A DNA stretch of 60,458 nucleotides, filler included. It is 9 parts of 9 records of this genome, joined end to end, with 100 filler letters (N's around TTAATTAATTAA, not from the genome) between each part and the next. Parts side by side here need not be neighbours in the genome. Positions count along the whole stretch, not along the records: positions 8,256 to 13,298 come from SRR31147125_86280; positions 13,399 to 19,735 come from SRR31147125_86282; 7 more parts are not named here. The stretch is one strand, 5' to 3'. The notes under the pieces were generated by a model, which worked only from the letters and a program-made list of their open reading frames with translations, did no database searches and had not been told where the DNA came from. The translations under genes and the position numbers were made by a program. Of the stretch, positions 11,128-19,835 are shown piece after piece; the stretch's first letter is position 1, and every line of letters starts with the position of its first letter.

Positions 11128-11726
11128 TACTCCGCTTCCAGCAGAACATCCTTTCGTCCTGCCACTCTCTGGGTTGCCCCTGCGAGAGCGTTCATAATCG
11201 AAAAGGCTGTCAGACGGGGATCGATATCCTGCCGGACCGAACCGTCGGCCATTCCCTTGTCAATCAGGCACAGAAGAGGATCATTCAGAGGATCCGACAT
11301 CTGATACTCCTCGGGATAGTAGTTTTTCACATCTTCTATTGTTTTGTTGTGGGAATAAAAATGATCCAGTTCGGCATTGAACCTGATGGAGCGCTCATTG
11401 GCACGGGAATAGGCCAGATAATGCTCGGCATACTCCCGGATCTGCTCATATCCGCTGCGGGACAGATCAGAAACATCGGGTTGGGGGATGGAATACATCT
11501 TCTTCAGTATTTCATATTCAATGGTCCAGGCAATCTCTTCCATATCGGAAAAATACCGGTATATGGTACTCCGATCCACTCCGGCAGTCCGGGCGATTTC
11601 ACTTATACTGGTCTCAAGGAGTCCTTTATCGATAAAAAGCTCCTCGGCCGCTGTCAGAATAGCTTTCCTCTGCCGGTTTTTATGGGCGGTGTATCCCTTT
11701 GCATCTACATAGCTTTTCTTTGCCAA
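11058..11726 (-). CDS. TetR/AcrR family transcriptional regulator
   Basis: ILTAAEELFIDKG..TSISEIARTAGVDRSTIYRYF HTH; GMADGSVRQD. Confidence 0.92.
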   Translation of the reverse strand: MAKKSYVDAKGYTAHKNRQRKAILTAAEELFIDKGLLETSISEIARTAGVDRSTIYRYFSDMEEIAWTIEYEILKKMYSIPQPDVSDLSRSGYEQIREYAEHYLAYSRANERSIRFNAELDHFYSHNKTIEDVKNYYPEEYQMSDPLNDPLLCLIDKGMADGSVRQDIDPRLTAFSIMNALAGATQRVAGRKDVLLEAEYYDPFSFVTTLVDLILAGIKAPE

Positions 11727-11792
11727 AATTCAGCCTCACCTTATGTGAGACACCTTAAGGTTAATCCTGTAACCGGTCAAGTCCGGAAGGGA

Positions 11793-12386
11793 TCAGGATA
11801 GTTTCTTCAGCTTTTTCAGCAGGTAATCCTTATGGGCGGCGGCATACTGTTCCAATGATTCCAGGCAATCCGCCGTTTCCGATGCCGCACCGGACAGTAT
11901 GAGTACCCGGTTCGACCATTTAAACCAGAGATGGTGCTTTTCCTTTATGGCCCGGCTGCCGGATGCGGCCAGCCGGGCTTCCAGAGCGGCATCCAGTTCA
12001 TTATGGTTACTCATCCCGGCAATATACAGGACATCACCGTCGTCCATCGTAAAGATGACGCACCGTTTGAATCCCTGAGCCAGTGAATCTTCATTCCTGA
12101 ATCCCTCCACACGGAGATTCAGAGAACCCTGTTTGAGATTGTATCCCTGCAGTCTGAGAGATTTCCTTATCTCCGCAACACCGCTTCGGACTCTGCCGAT
12201 GACTTCCTTACTGTCTCTGTTTGACTCCAGTTCATCCCTTAAATCCTGCAGATCCGTCTCATACCGGGAGAAAATTTTCGTATTGTCGGATAGAAAATTG
12301 ATGGTATCGGAAAGAAGACTCATTGTAGAAGAAAAATATTCATTGAGGTTCTCCGGATCTCTGTGAATACTCCTGTCCCCATACAA
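11793..12386 (-). CDS. Hypothetical protein
   Basis: 197-aa ORF with protein-like composition; no family recognised. Confidence 0.65.
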   Translation of the reverse strand: MYGDRSIHRDPENLNEYFSSTMSLLSDTINFLSDNTKIFSRYETDLQDLRDELESNRDSKEVIGRVRSGVAEIRKSLRLQGYNLKQGSLNLRVEGFRNEDSLAQGFKRCVIFTMDDGDVLYIAGMSNHNELDAALEARLAASGSRAIKEKHHLWFKWSNRVLILSGAASETADCLESLEQYAAAHKDYLLKKLKKLS

Positions 12387-12667
12387 TTAATTATAAATAA
12401 CCGGATGAAAATTGAAAGGGAAATGGGCAATTCCGAGTCAATAATCTCATTGATAAGGAGCGATTAAAGGCGGTGAATTTTTATATCCAATCTGACAAAT
12501 TATTTCTATCATAAAAAGGATTGAATGTTTACAAATAATGGTCAGAATATCCTTCGCGTTTCCTTCTCATCGGCGGACAGCAGGACGTCATGAGGGGATG
12601 ACCTCTGGAAATGGGTATCTTGTCACAGGGCACAGAAAATGAACGCATGTTGTGTTATACTGTTAGC

Positions 12668-12990
12668 ATGAGCGAAAAAAATACCCGGATGGGTTCGAAA
12701 AAGTCAAAGAGCGGCTGTTCCTGGCGGTATTTTCCCTGAAGAAGGAAACCGGAATACCCATTTACCGATGGGAGGAACTCCTGGACATGACAAGCGGGGG
12801 GTGGGATACCCTGTCCATGGAGGAGAAGAAGCTCCTCCTGAAGATTCTCCGCAGTCCGAAAAGTCCACAGGGCTACACCCTGGAGTCTCTGGTCACCGAC
12901 TACCGCATGTTCAACACCACAACAGGCCGCTACTTCAGCAATGACGCTATCGAATACACCATCCGTACCATCGACGAATACGCCCTCTAA
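12668..12990 (+). CDS. Hypothetical protein, likely frameshift in an A-run near 12680
   Basis: The frame of ORF 12787-12990 is open back to ~12682; ATG 12668 joins it if one A is added. Confidence 0.5.
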
Positions 12991-13298
12991 TAGGTAAAGG
13001 ATGCCGCGATGGAATCAAACACAGGCCGGTACAGGTCAAAACTCTCGGGGATCGCTGTAAAAGTCAGAACATAGGCCGTATTATCCCTGATATAGAAGTA
13101 CTGAATCTGCTGCAGTGAGGTTTCATTCAGGATCCCCGTAAAGACATGGTAGTGCTCCGAGGATTCAATAACCTGGTAATTCTGATAGACCGTACTCATA
13201 ATTTCATTTCCCGCCGTCATGTATTCCTTCACCGTATAGGGGACAGGCAGGGCCTCAACCGTCAGATTCCCGTTTTCCTGAAACGTATCGTTCTGCTC
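12987..13298 (-). CDS. PsbP/DcrB-like protein, 5'-truncated
   Basis: QYFYIRDNTAYVLTFTA..FD.YRPVFDSIAASF C-terminal pattern. Confidence 0.6.
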   Translation of the reverse strand, partial: EQNDTFQENGNLTVEALPVPYTVKEYMTAGNEIMSTVYQNYQVIESSEHYHVFTGILNETSLQQIQYFYIRDNTAYVLTFTAIPESFDLYRPVFDSIAASFTY

Positions 13299-13398
13299 NN
13301 NNNNNNNNNNNNNNNNNNNNNNNNNNNNNNNNNNNNNNNNNNTTAATTAATTAANNNNNNNNNNNNNNNNNNNNNNNNNNNNNNNNNNNNNNNNNNNN
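13299..13398. other. Artificial contig linker
   Basis: N44-TTAATTAATTAA-N44. Confidence 0.98.
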
Positions 13399-13932
13399 CG
13401 CGGGCTGCGTGAAGGGGAATTTGATGTTCTCGTCGGCATCAACCTGCTGCGTGAAGGGCTGGATATTCCGGAAGTCTCCCTCGTCGCTATCCTCGACGCC
13501 GATAAAGAAGGGTTCCTGCGCAGCGAACGCTCCCTGATTCAGACCTGCGGCCGCGCTGCCCGAAACGTTGATGGCCACGTCATCATGTACGCCGACAGGA
13601 TCACCCGCTCGATGCAGGCCTGCCTGGATGAAACCCAGCGCCGGCGAGACAAGCAGCTGGCCTATAACAAAGAGCACAACATCACCCCGCAGTCGGTCAA
13701 GAAATCTTTACGCAGTATCCTGGACGAGATTTCAACCAAAGAGTATGGCGACATGCCGATTGCCGCTGAAAATGAAGCGCTGTACGCCAATCCTGAAGAG
13801 CTGAGAAAACAGATCATCACCCTGAAGGAACAGATGCTCGAAGCAGCGGCCGATCTCGATTTTGAACGGGCAGCTGATCTGCGCGATCAAATGCTGACGC
13901 TGGAAAAGCAGGAATTGATTTTGCGGGGATAA
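13399..13932 (+). CDS. uvrB: Excinuclease ABC subunit B, C-terminal part
   Basis: [41 protein letters not shown] read from the sequence; UVR domain [15 protein letters not shown]. Confidence 0.97.
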   Translation, partial: RGLREGEFDVLVGINLLREGLDIPEVSLVAILDADKEGFLRSERSLIQTCGRAARNVDGHVIMYADRITRSMQACLDETQRRRDKQLAYNKEHNITPQSVKKSLRSILDEISTKEYGDMPIAAENEALYANPEELRKQIITLKEQMLEAAADLDFERAADLRDQMLTLEKQELILRG

Positions 13933-13952
13933 AGTCCAACTCAAGCCGAACG

Positions 13953-13986
13953 AAAAAAAGGAGAGCCCATAATGGACTCTCCTTTC
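13953..13986. terminator. Intrinsic terminator between convergent uvrB and DUF3373-like genes
   Basis: AAAGGAGAG...CTCTCCTTT stem; the A7 run gives a U-tail on the minus strand. Confidence 0.75.
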
Positions 13987-14012
13987 CTATTTCACCTGAG
14001 AACAATGCTGAT

Positions 14013-15593
14013 TTAGAACTTCATGTTCATCTGTGCATAGGCATCCCATGCACTGTCAACAACTGGCAGCAAGGAATAAACACTACCATTTTCGATATCT
14101 TCAATCTTCAGCGGCTTACCGACCGGTGACCCACTGCCCGAGTATTCATAATCGTAGTAAATACCACCAACCTTGATCGATGCATTCCGGTTGATATCAA
14201 AAATGTAGTAAGCTTCTGCAGCGTGACCACGGGTGGCCAACTTACTGCCGAGCATATCGTCCTGAGCTTGAGTAAACGGAGTCCAGTACTTGGAGCCGTA
14301 ATTGTACTCAAGACCAACCTTTCCCATCGGTGCTGGAATCTGGATTCCAACATACACACCATACCCATCCTTAGTACCATCACCATCGGCTCTTATATCT
14401 GTAATAGCCCCAGTGCCATCAAACGTATATATGGCTTCCGTTCCCATGCCTCCAAACATCCCAGCTTTGCCGTTCGGGTCGAGCTGAGTCCAAGCCAAAG
14501 AACCGAACCAGTTGAAACCGTTATCTTCCTGACGGGTAAACCCGAGTGCGGCCAGATTGATGTTGCCGATAACTGTACTCGGAGTATATCGAATTTCGAA
14601 ATTCATATTTTCGAAATTCTGTGTGTCCTGATAAATTGTTGGTGCAAAAAATTGGGCAAACTGACTTGGAAATGCAAAGGTTCCTTTAAAACCATCGACG
14701 ACATCCTGAGCACGGAACAGGGTTGCCTGCAGGAAAGTCTTTCCATCGTTGTAAAGATCGATATTGAACCCACCCAATTGTGTATCTTCCAAATTATCAG
14801 TTATGTGATCATTAAACAGAGTACCATTCCCCCACTCGGACTCAAATCCTTGACCATAGCAGAAACGGATCGTCTGACCTTCAATGCCGGTCACTTTGCT
14901 CAGGCTGTAACCAGCGGTGATTCCATCAAAATTGAAGTGAACCAGATGGCCAGTCGGGGTGCCACCACGCAGTTCGTTTTCACGATACTGGCTTGGAGGG
15001 CCATAGGTTGATGGGCGACGACCGATCGACAAGTAGAAGTTGCTGCCGCCGATATTCTTCCAGTTGAAGTAGGCACGCTCAACCCGCAGCCAGTCACCGG
15101 AGGTCTTGCCACCATTCGTCCCATCCATACTGAACGCATCCCAGGAATCAAACACTTTGGAGGTTGTGGAATCACCCCAGTTTTTGTACATCAGGAGACG
15201 ACCGGCAAAATCCATGTTACTGGCAATTTTCGCTTTCATCCCAAGGCGCAAACGAGTTGTGTAGACAACATCATTATCGATATCATACGTCCTTGGCCCT
15301 GCAGAGAATCCATTGTCAATAACCCCCCCAGGAGTTTGAATTTTAATCCCAGGACTATAGACCACATTCTTGTAATGCAGGGCATCCGCCTTGGTCCGTA
15401 AATCTCCGTAAAAGGAAATCTTGTCTAGAGCTGAATGTGTCTCATTGATATCGACACGGTCGTTCAGATCGTCCAGCTCTTCCAGAATCTCTGCAATCTG
15501 TGCCTGCAGTTCTTCAATAGATGGTTGCGCGGCAAAGGATGCGACAGGAAAAATCAGCAGGGCTGCCAGCATCAAAGCAAAAAATCGTATCAT
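14013..15593 (-). CDS. DUF3373-like outer-membrane beta-barrel (porin-like) protein
   Basis: Signal peptide, N-terminal coiled coil, YTTRLRLGM, VERAYFNW, SIGRRPST, EYNYGSKYW, KLATRG, terminal Phe. Confidence 0.8.
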   Translation of the reverse strand: MIRFFALMLAALLIFPVASFAAQPSIEELQAQIAEILEELDDLNDRVDINETHSALDKISFYGDLRTKADALHYKNVVYSPGIKIQTPGGVIDNGFSAGPRTYDIDNDVVYTTRLRLGMKAKIASNMDFAGRLLMYKNWGDSTTSKVFDSWDAFSMDGTNGGKTSGDWLRVERAYFNWKNIGGSNFYLSIGRRPSTYGPPSQYRENELRGGTPTGHLVHFNFDGITAGYSLSKVTGIEGQTIRFCYGQGFESEWGNGTLFNDHITDNLEDTQLGGFNIDLYNDGKTFLQATLFRAQDVVDGFKGTFAFPSQFAQFFAPTIYQDTQNFENMNFEIRYTPSTVIGNINLAALGFTRQEDNGFNWFGSLAWTQLDPNGKAGMFGGMGTEAIYTFDGTGAITDIRADGDGTKDGYGVYVGIQIPAPMGKVGLEYNYGSKYWTPFTQAQDDMLGSKLATRGHAAEAYYIFDINRNASIKVGGIYYDYEYSGSGSPVGKPLKIEDIENGSVYSLLPVVDSAWDAYAQMNMKF

Positions 15594-15631
15594 TCTGTTA
15601 TACCTCCCATAATAAAGTTATGAAGCGGTGA

Positions 15632-15955
15632 CTAACCACAGGTCTCTGGAGACGGAGAATCTTTGGCTTTGTCGTACAGGAACTGGTTGATATCTCTTTT
15701 ATCGTTGTCGGACATGCTTTTGAAAGTATCGCCCGGATGCTTCTTTGCCTTTTTTTTGAAATAGCGGTCCCACTGAGACATGGTCTTTGACATCGGGGTC
15801 AGCTCGCCACCATCGCCACCGGCATCATGACAGCTTTTACAGCTTTTTTTGAACAGGTACTTTCCTTTTCGGGAATTCCCACCTTCAATCGCCAGAACAG
15901 TCGATGCAGTGAAAGTAAGAACCAAAACCAACAGCAGAAGCTTCTTCCAGTTCAT
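15632..15955 (-). CDS. Small monoheme cytochrome c
   Basis: Signal peptide, single CKSCH, C-terminal DSPSPETCG; AGGAGA RBS. Confidence 0.88.
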   Translation of the reverse strand: MNWKKLLLLVLVLTFTASTVLAIEGGNSRKGKYLFKKSCKSCHDAGGDGGELTPMSKTMSQWDRYFKKKAKKHPGDTFKSMSDNDKRDINQFLYDKAKDSPSPETCG

Positions 15956-16378
15956 GAGTCATTCTCTCCTTTGATGATCGGTTACGGCATCTCTTCTATG
16001 CCTTGTTGATAGGTTTGATAAAGATTCAACTCGTCTACTATCACCAACAATCATAGTTTTCAAGTGTTTTTTACCCCACTACTTGCAAATAAAGACCATA
16101 TCAATTACTTATACTCACATAAGTAAGTGCTATTAGTGTTTTATCAAATAGTTTCAAGGGGTTGTGAAATTACAACCGTATCAGTAACCTGCCCAGGAAA
16201 GCCCACCTCTGCCACAAAGTATTCATCGATTGCTATATAAAAATACCACCATAAAAGTAAGGGATATTTTCCACGCAAAACAGAAGAACCTATCTTTGCA
16301 AGCCCTGCCTTCCTCCCCTCTTGATCTGACACACCGTCATCGCTAAAGTAGCAGACAACCTTACTAACAGGAGACACC

Positions 16379-17595
16379 ATGCCTCTGACATTTTACCAGA
16401 GTACGACCTGATCATTGACAAAACTCCACTGCTGGAGATTGAGAACGTGCCCTTGCTCGACGCGGCAGGACGCGCAATCGCAACTGACATCAACGCATCG
16501 GCCCCCATTCCCCCGTTTGATAACTCTGCCATGGATGGTTTTGCCGTTGTTGCCGAAAACTGCTCCATCGGCGCAACTCTCCCCGTCGCCGGATCTCTCA
16601 CCGCCGGGAACAGTCCGATGGGCCCGGTCAAGCCAGGATCAACGGTACGTATCATGACGGGCGCACCGGTTCCCACAGGGGCTGATGCCGTGATCCCCTT
16701 TGAAAACTGCCTGGATAACGGGAATGAAATCATCATTCAAAAGCCAGTTACAACAGGAGATCACATCCGCTGGCATGGGGAAGATCTGCAAACCGGCGAC
16801 ACCGTCCTGACCGCAGGATCTCAACTGCGACCGGCTGAGATCAGCATCCTCGCATCTCTCCGCCTTGCACAGGTTCCAGTCTACAGGCGTCCACGCGTGG
16901 CAATTCTGGCGACAGGAGATGAACTTCAGGAGATAGACGAACTCTATTTCCAGGGCGGGATCGTCAACAGCAATTCCTACGCACTCGCAGCCGCCATTCA
17001 TGAAATTAACGCCATTCCACAAATGCTCGGCATTGCCCGTGACAATCGGGCCGCGCTTAAGGAAAAACTTGCAGAAGGGCTCCGCGCCGATGCTCTGGTC
17101 ACCTCGGCAGGCGTGTCCGCTGGAGACAAAGACCTCGTAAGATCGGTCCTGGAGGAGCTCGGGGCCGAGGAACAGTTTTGGAAGATTCTCCTGAAACCGG
17201 GGCATCCGACGGCTTTTTCCCTCTACCAGGGAAAGCCGATTTTCTCTCTTCCGGGCAACCCGGTCTCAACACTGTTGACCTACGAAGAGCTGGTCCGACC
17301 CGCCCTGCTCAAAATGATGGGACACCGTGAGGTACTGCGGACAACCTATTTCGCCGCACTGGCCGAACCGTTTAAAAAGAAGCCGGGCCGCCTCCAGATG
17401 CTGCGCGTTGTTCTGACCGTGAACAAAGATGGCGCACTCATCGCGACCAGCGCCGGAAATCAAAACACCGGTATCCTGAAAACGTCCATCAGCGCTCAGG
17501 GGATCGCCCTTCTGGATGCCGACAGAGACGCCTTTGATGCCGGAGAAAAGATCCCCGTTCATATTCTTGGATCATCGACCGTTTCAAGCAGCTAG
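16379..17595 (+). CDS. moeA: Molybdopterin molybdotransferase; 1-nt frameshift near 16402
   Basis: PPFDNSAMDGFAV, RIMTGAPVP, TGDEL, NSN, SAGVSAG, KPGHP, LPGNPVS; AGGAG RBS and ATG 16379 lie out of frame with ORF 16447-17595. Confidence 0.93.
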
Positions 17596-17656
17596 AGGGT
17601 GAAAAGAAATTTCTGTTGAAGTGATCGAGCATTCCACGTAGAATCCCGACACATTC

Positions 17657-17752
17657 GGAGGTAGTTCGTTCGCTGGTGCGGCGCACGGTCTTCAAAACCG
17701 ATGGGGGGCGTATCCCGTCCCTGGTGTGTTCGATTCACATCTACCTCCGCCA
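17657..17752 (+). tRNA. selC: tRNA-Sec (anticodon UCA)
   Basis: 8-bp acceptor GGAGGTAG/CTACCTCC, discriminator G plus CCA, anticodon loop CTTCAAA, long variable arm, 5-bp T-stem GTGTG-TTCGATT-CACAT (bacterial 8/5 fold). Confidence 0.96.
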
Positions 17753-17763
17753 TATAAAAAAGC

Positions 17764-17800
17764 AGCAGCCGGTCCAATCGCGGAGCGGCTGTTTTCGTTT
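17764..17800 (+). terminator. Intrinsic terminator after selC
   Basis: CAGCCG.TCC...GGA.CGGCTG stem followed by TTTTCGTTT. Confidence 0.65.
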
Positions 17801-17981
17801 GTGTTAATACAAATTTAACGTTTACAACATAACGACTCCCCCGGCATGGCCCTGTCACCGACTTTCTGGTCATATGACGGTTAATCGGGGCATATCCACA
17901 GACCGATCCGAAAAGTCATTCTCCCCCGAGTAAAACACACGCAAAAACAACCCCTTAAAAGATCGCTTTTCATTAGAATCA

Positions 17982-17997
17982 TGGTGTGCTTTTTGCA
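17982..17997 (+). promoter_or_regulatory. Sigma54 -24/-12 promoter for the multiheme cytochrome pair
   Basis: TGGTGTGCTTTTTGCA has GG-N10-GC spacing, about 70 nt before ATG 18066. Confidence 0.6.
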
Positions 17998-18065
17998 GTA
18001 TTACGCTGCTTTGTTGTCACTTTTTTATCTTTTGTAGTCATTTTGTTTTTTTCCCGGGAGGAACC

Positions 18066-18845
18066 ATGAAACGGCATCAGATTTTTTCAATCCTTTTTTT
18101 CTGTCTGATTTTCTTCTCTGCGACCAGCCTCTGGGCCGCGGCAACCTTAGGAATTAAAGACTGTATCAAGTGTCACGAGCTGCAACCGACTGAGATAAAC
18201 GCCGCCGGCGCAGCCCACAAAAGTGAAATCAACTGTATCGACTGTCACGCCGGCCACCGCCCGGTCAGCCCGAGCAATATTCCTGAGTGCGCCCAGTGTC
18301 ACGAAGGAACCGATCACTACGCTCTCGACAACTGCATGACCTGCCACAATCCTCACCAGCCTCTGGCGGTTGTTCTTGAAGGGGAACTCAAGGCCGAATG
18401 CCTGACCTGTCACACGGACCAGAACGCACAACTGGTGGCCAACCCGAGTGCTCACACGGAAGTTTCCTGTAACTTCTGCCACGCAGACACTCATGGAAAC
18501 ATTCCGGATTGTACAACCTGTCACGAACCACACTCCGAGAGCATGACCCAGAACGATTGCGCTGTCTGCCACGAAGCCCACCAGCCGATGGTTCTCGAAT
18601 ATGCTGAGACAACTCAGAACGTTCTCTGTGCTGCGTGTCACGAAACAGCCTACTCAGAGCTGCTCGCAACAACAACAAAGCACCGCAATGTCGGCTGTGT
18701 TGAATGTCACGCGAACAAGCACAAGACTGTACCTCAGTGCTCCGACTGTCACGGCACTCCGCACGCGGCTGGAATCCATTCCAAATTCCCGAATTGCGGT
18801 GACTGCCATAACACGGGTCACGACCTCAATAACCTGAGCATGTAA
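18066..18845 (+). CDS. Periplasmic dodecaheme c-type cytochrome
   Basis: Signal peptide; 12 CxxCH motifs counted; GGAGG RBS. Confidence 0.95.
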   Translation: MKRHQIFSILFFCLIFFSATSLWAAATLGIKDCIKCHELQPTEINAAGAAHKSEINCIDCHAGHRPVSPSNIPECAQCHEGTDHYALDNCMTCHNPHQPLAVVLEGELKAECLTCHTDQNAQLVANPSAHTEVSCNFCHADTHGNIPDCTTCHEPHSESMTQNDCAVCHEAHQPMVLEYAETTQNVLCAACHETAYSELLATTTKHRNVGCVECHANKHKTVPQCSDCHGTPHAAGIHSKFPNCGDCHNTGHDLNNLSM

Positions 18846-18846
18846 C

Positions 18847-19704
18847 ATGACCAGGTTCTGGATTTTATTGCTTGCTGCTGCTCTTCTCTCCTTCGCCGGG
18901 ACGGTGACGGTCGTCTCGGCGCAGCAGCCTTTAATCAGGGCAGACCTTCCGCAGCCAAATGCGGAACTTTATGCGACAACACCGCAACCGCTGACGCTTG
19001 ACCAGTGTGGCCAGTGTCACCCGGGCCACTTTAAAGACATCAAGGATCAGGGCGGGCGGCACCAGTTCGACTGCCGGGAATGTCACACGACCTTCCACGC
19101 CTACAATCCACGCAAAAACAACTATGCGGCGATCATGCCTGACTGCAGAGAGTGCCACGACCTGATTCATGGCGAAAAACACAACCAGTGTCTTGATTGC
19201 CACACCAACCCGCACGCAGCCACCCAGGCACCGTCACTGGCCGGCGTTCTGAATAGCTGCGCTGACTGCCACAGGCCACAACAGCAGGAACTGGCCGCAC
19301 AGCCGAGCATGCACACGGAGCTCTCCTGTGATAACTGCCACCACACGGAGCACGGGCTAATTCCGTCCTGTGCGGAATGCCACCAGCCACACTTTGAAGG
19401 GCAGGCATTCGCAGGCTGCATCAGCTGCCACCCGGTTCATCAACCTCTGGTGATCTCCTTAGATCCAAGGACGAATCTGAAGACCTGCAGCGGCTGCCAT
19501 GACGGCGTCTACGGGAAATGGAGCCAGACGGTCAGCAAACATGGTGACGTTGGCTGCACAGAATGCCATACTGCTCACAAGGAAATCCCAGATTGCAAAA
19601 CCTGCCATGGGACCCCACCAGCACACAGCAAAACCATGCTGGCCAAGTTCCCACGCTGCCTCGATTGCCATCTGGATGTTCACGACTTGCCAACCAAGAA
19701 CTAA
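18847..19704 (+). CDS. Periplasmic dodecaheme c-type cytochrome, paralog of the upstream gene
   Basis: Signal peptide; 12 CxxCH motifs with the same spacing pattern. Confidence 0.95.
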   Translation: MTRFWILLLAAALLSFAGTVTVVSAQQPLIRADLPQPNAELYATTPQPLTLDQCGQCHPGHFKDIKDQGGRHQFDCRECHTTFHAYNPRKNNYAAIMPDCRECHDLIHGEKHNQCLDCHTNPHAATQAPSLAGVLNSCADCHRPQQQELAAQPSMHTELSCDNCHHTEHGLIPSCAECHQPHFEGQAFAGCISCHPVHQPLVISLDPRTNLKTCSGCHDGVYGKWSQTVSKHGDVGCTECHTAHKEIPDCKTCHGTPPAHSKTMLAKFPRCLDCHLDVHDLPTKN

Positions 19705-19735
19705 AGCAGGGACCGGCAAAGCAACGTAGAAGAAT

Positions 19736-19835
19736 NNNNNNNNNNNNNNNNNNNNNNNNNNNNNNNNNNNNNNNNNNNNTTAATTAATTAANNNNNNNNN
19801 NNNNNNNNNNNNNNNNNNNNNNNNNNNNNNNNNNN
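19736..19835. other. Artificial contig linker
   Basis: N44-TTAATTAATTAA-N44. Confidence 0.98.

Noticed and set aside
16084-16098. TGGTCTTTATTTGCA on the minus strand as a sigma54 promoter for the small cytochrome
   Set aside because: GG-to-GC spacing is 9 nt, not the required 10
16379-16411. TGA at codon 11 after the moeA ATG, close to tRNA-Sec, as possible selenocysteine read-through
   Set aside because: Reading through stays in the wrong frame; MoeA is restored only by a 1-nt insertion, so this is an indel
17657-19735. selC as the integration site of an island carrying the cytochromes
   Set aside because: No integrase and no duplicated tRNA 3' end seen in this contig
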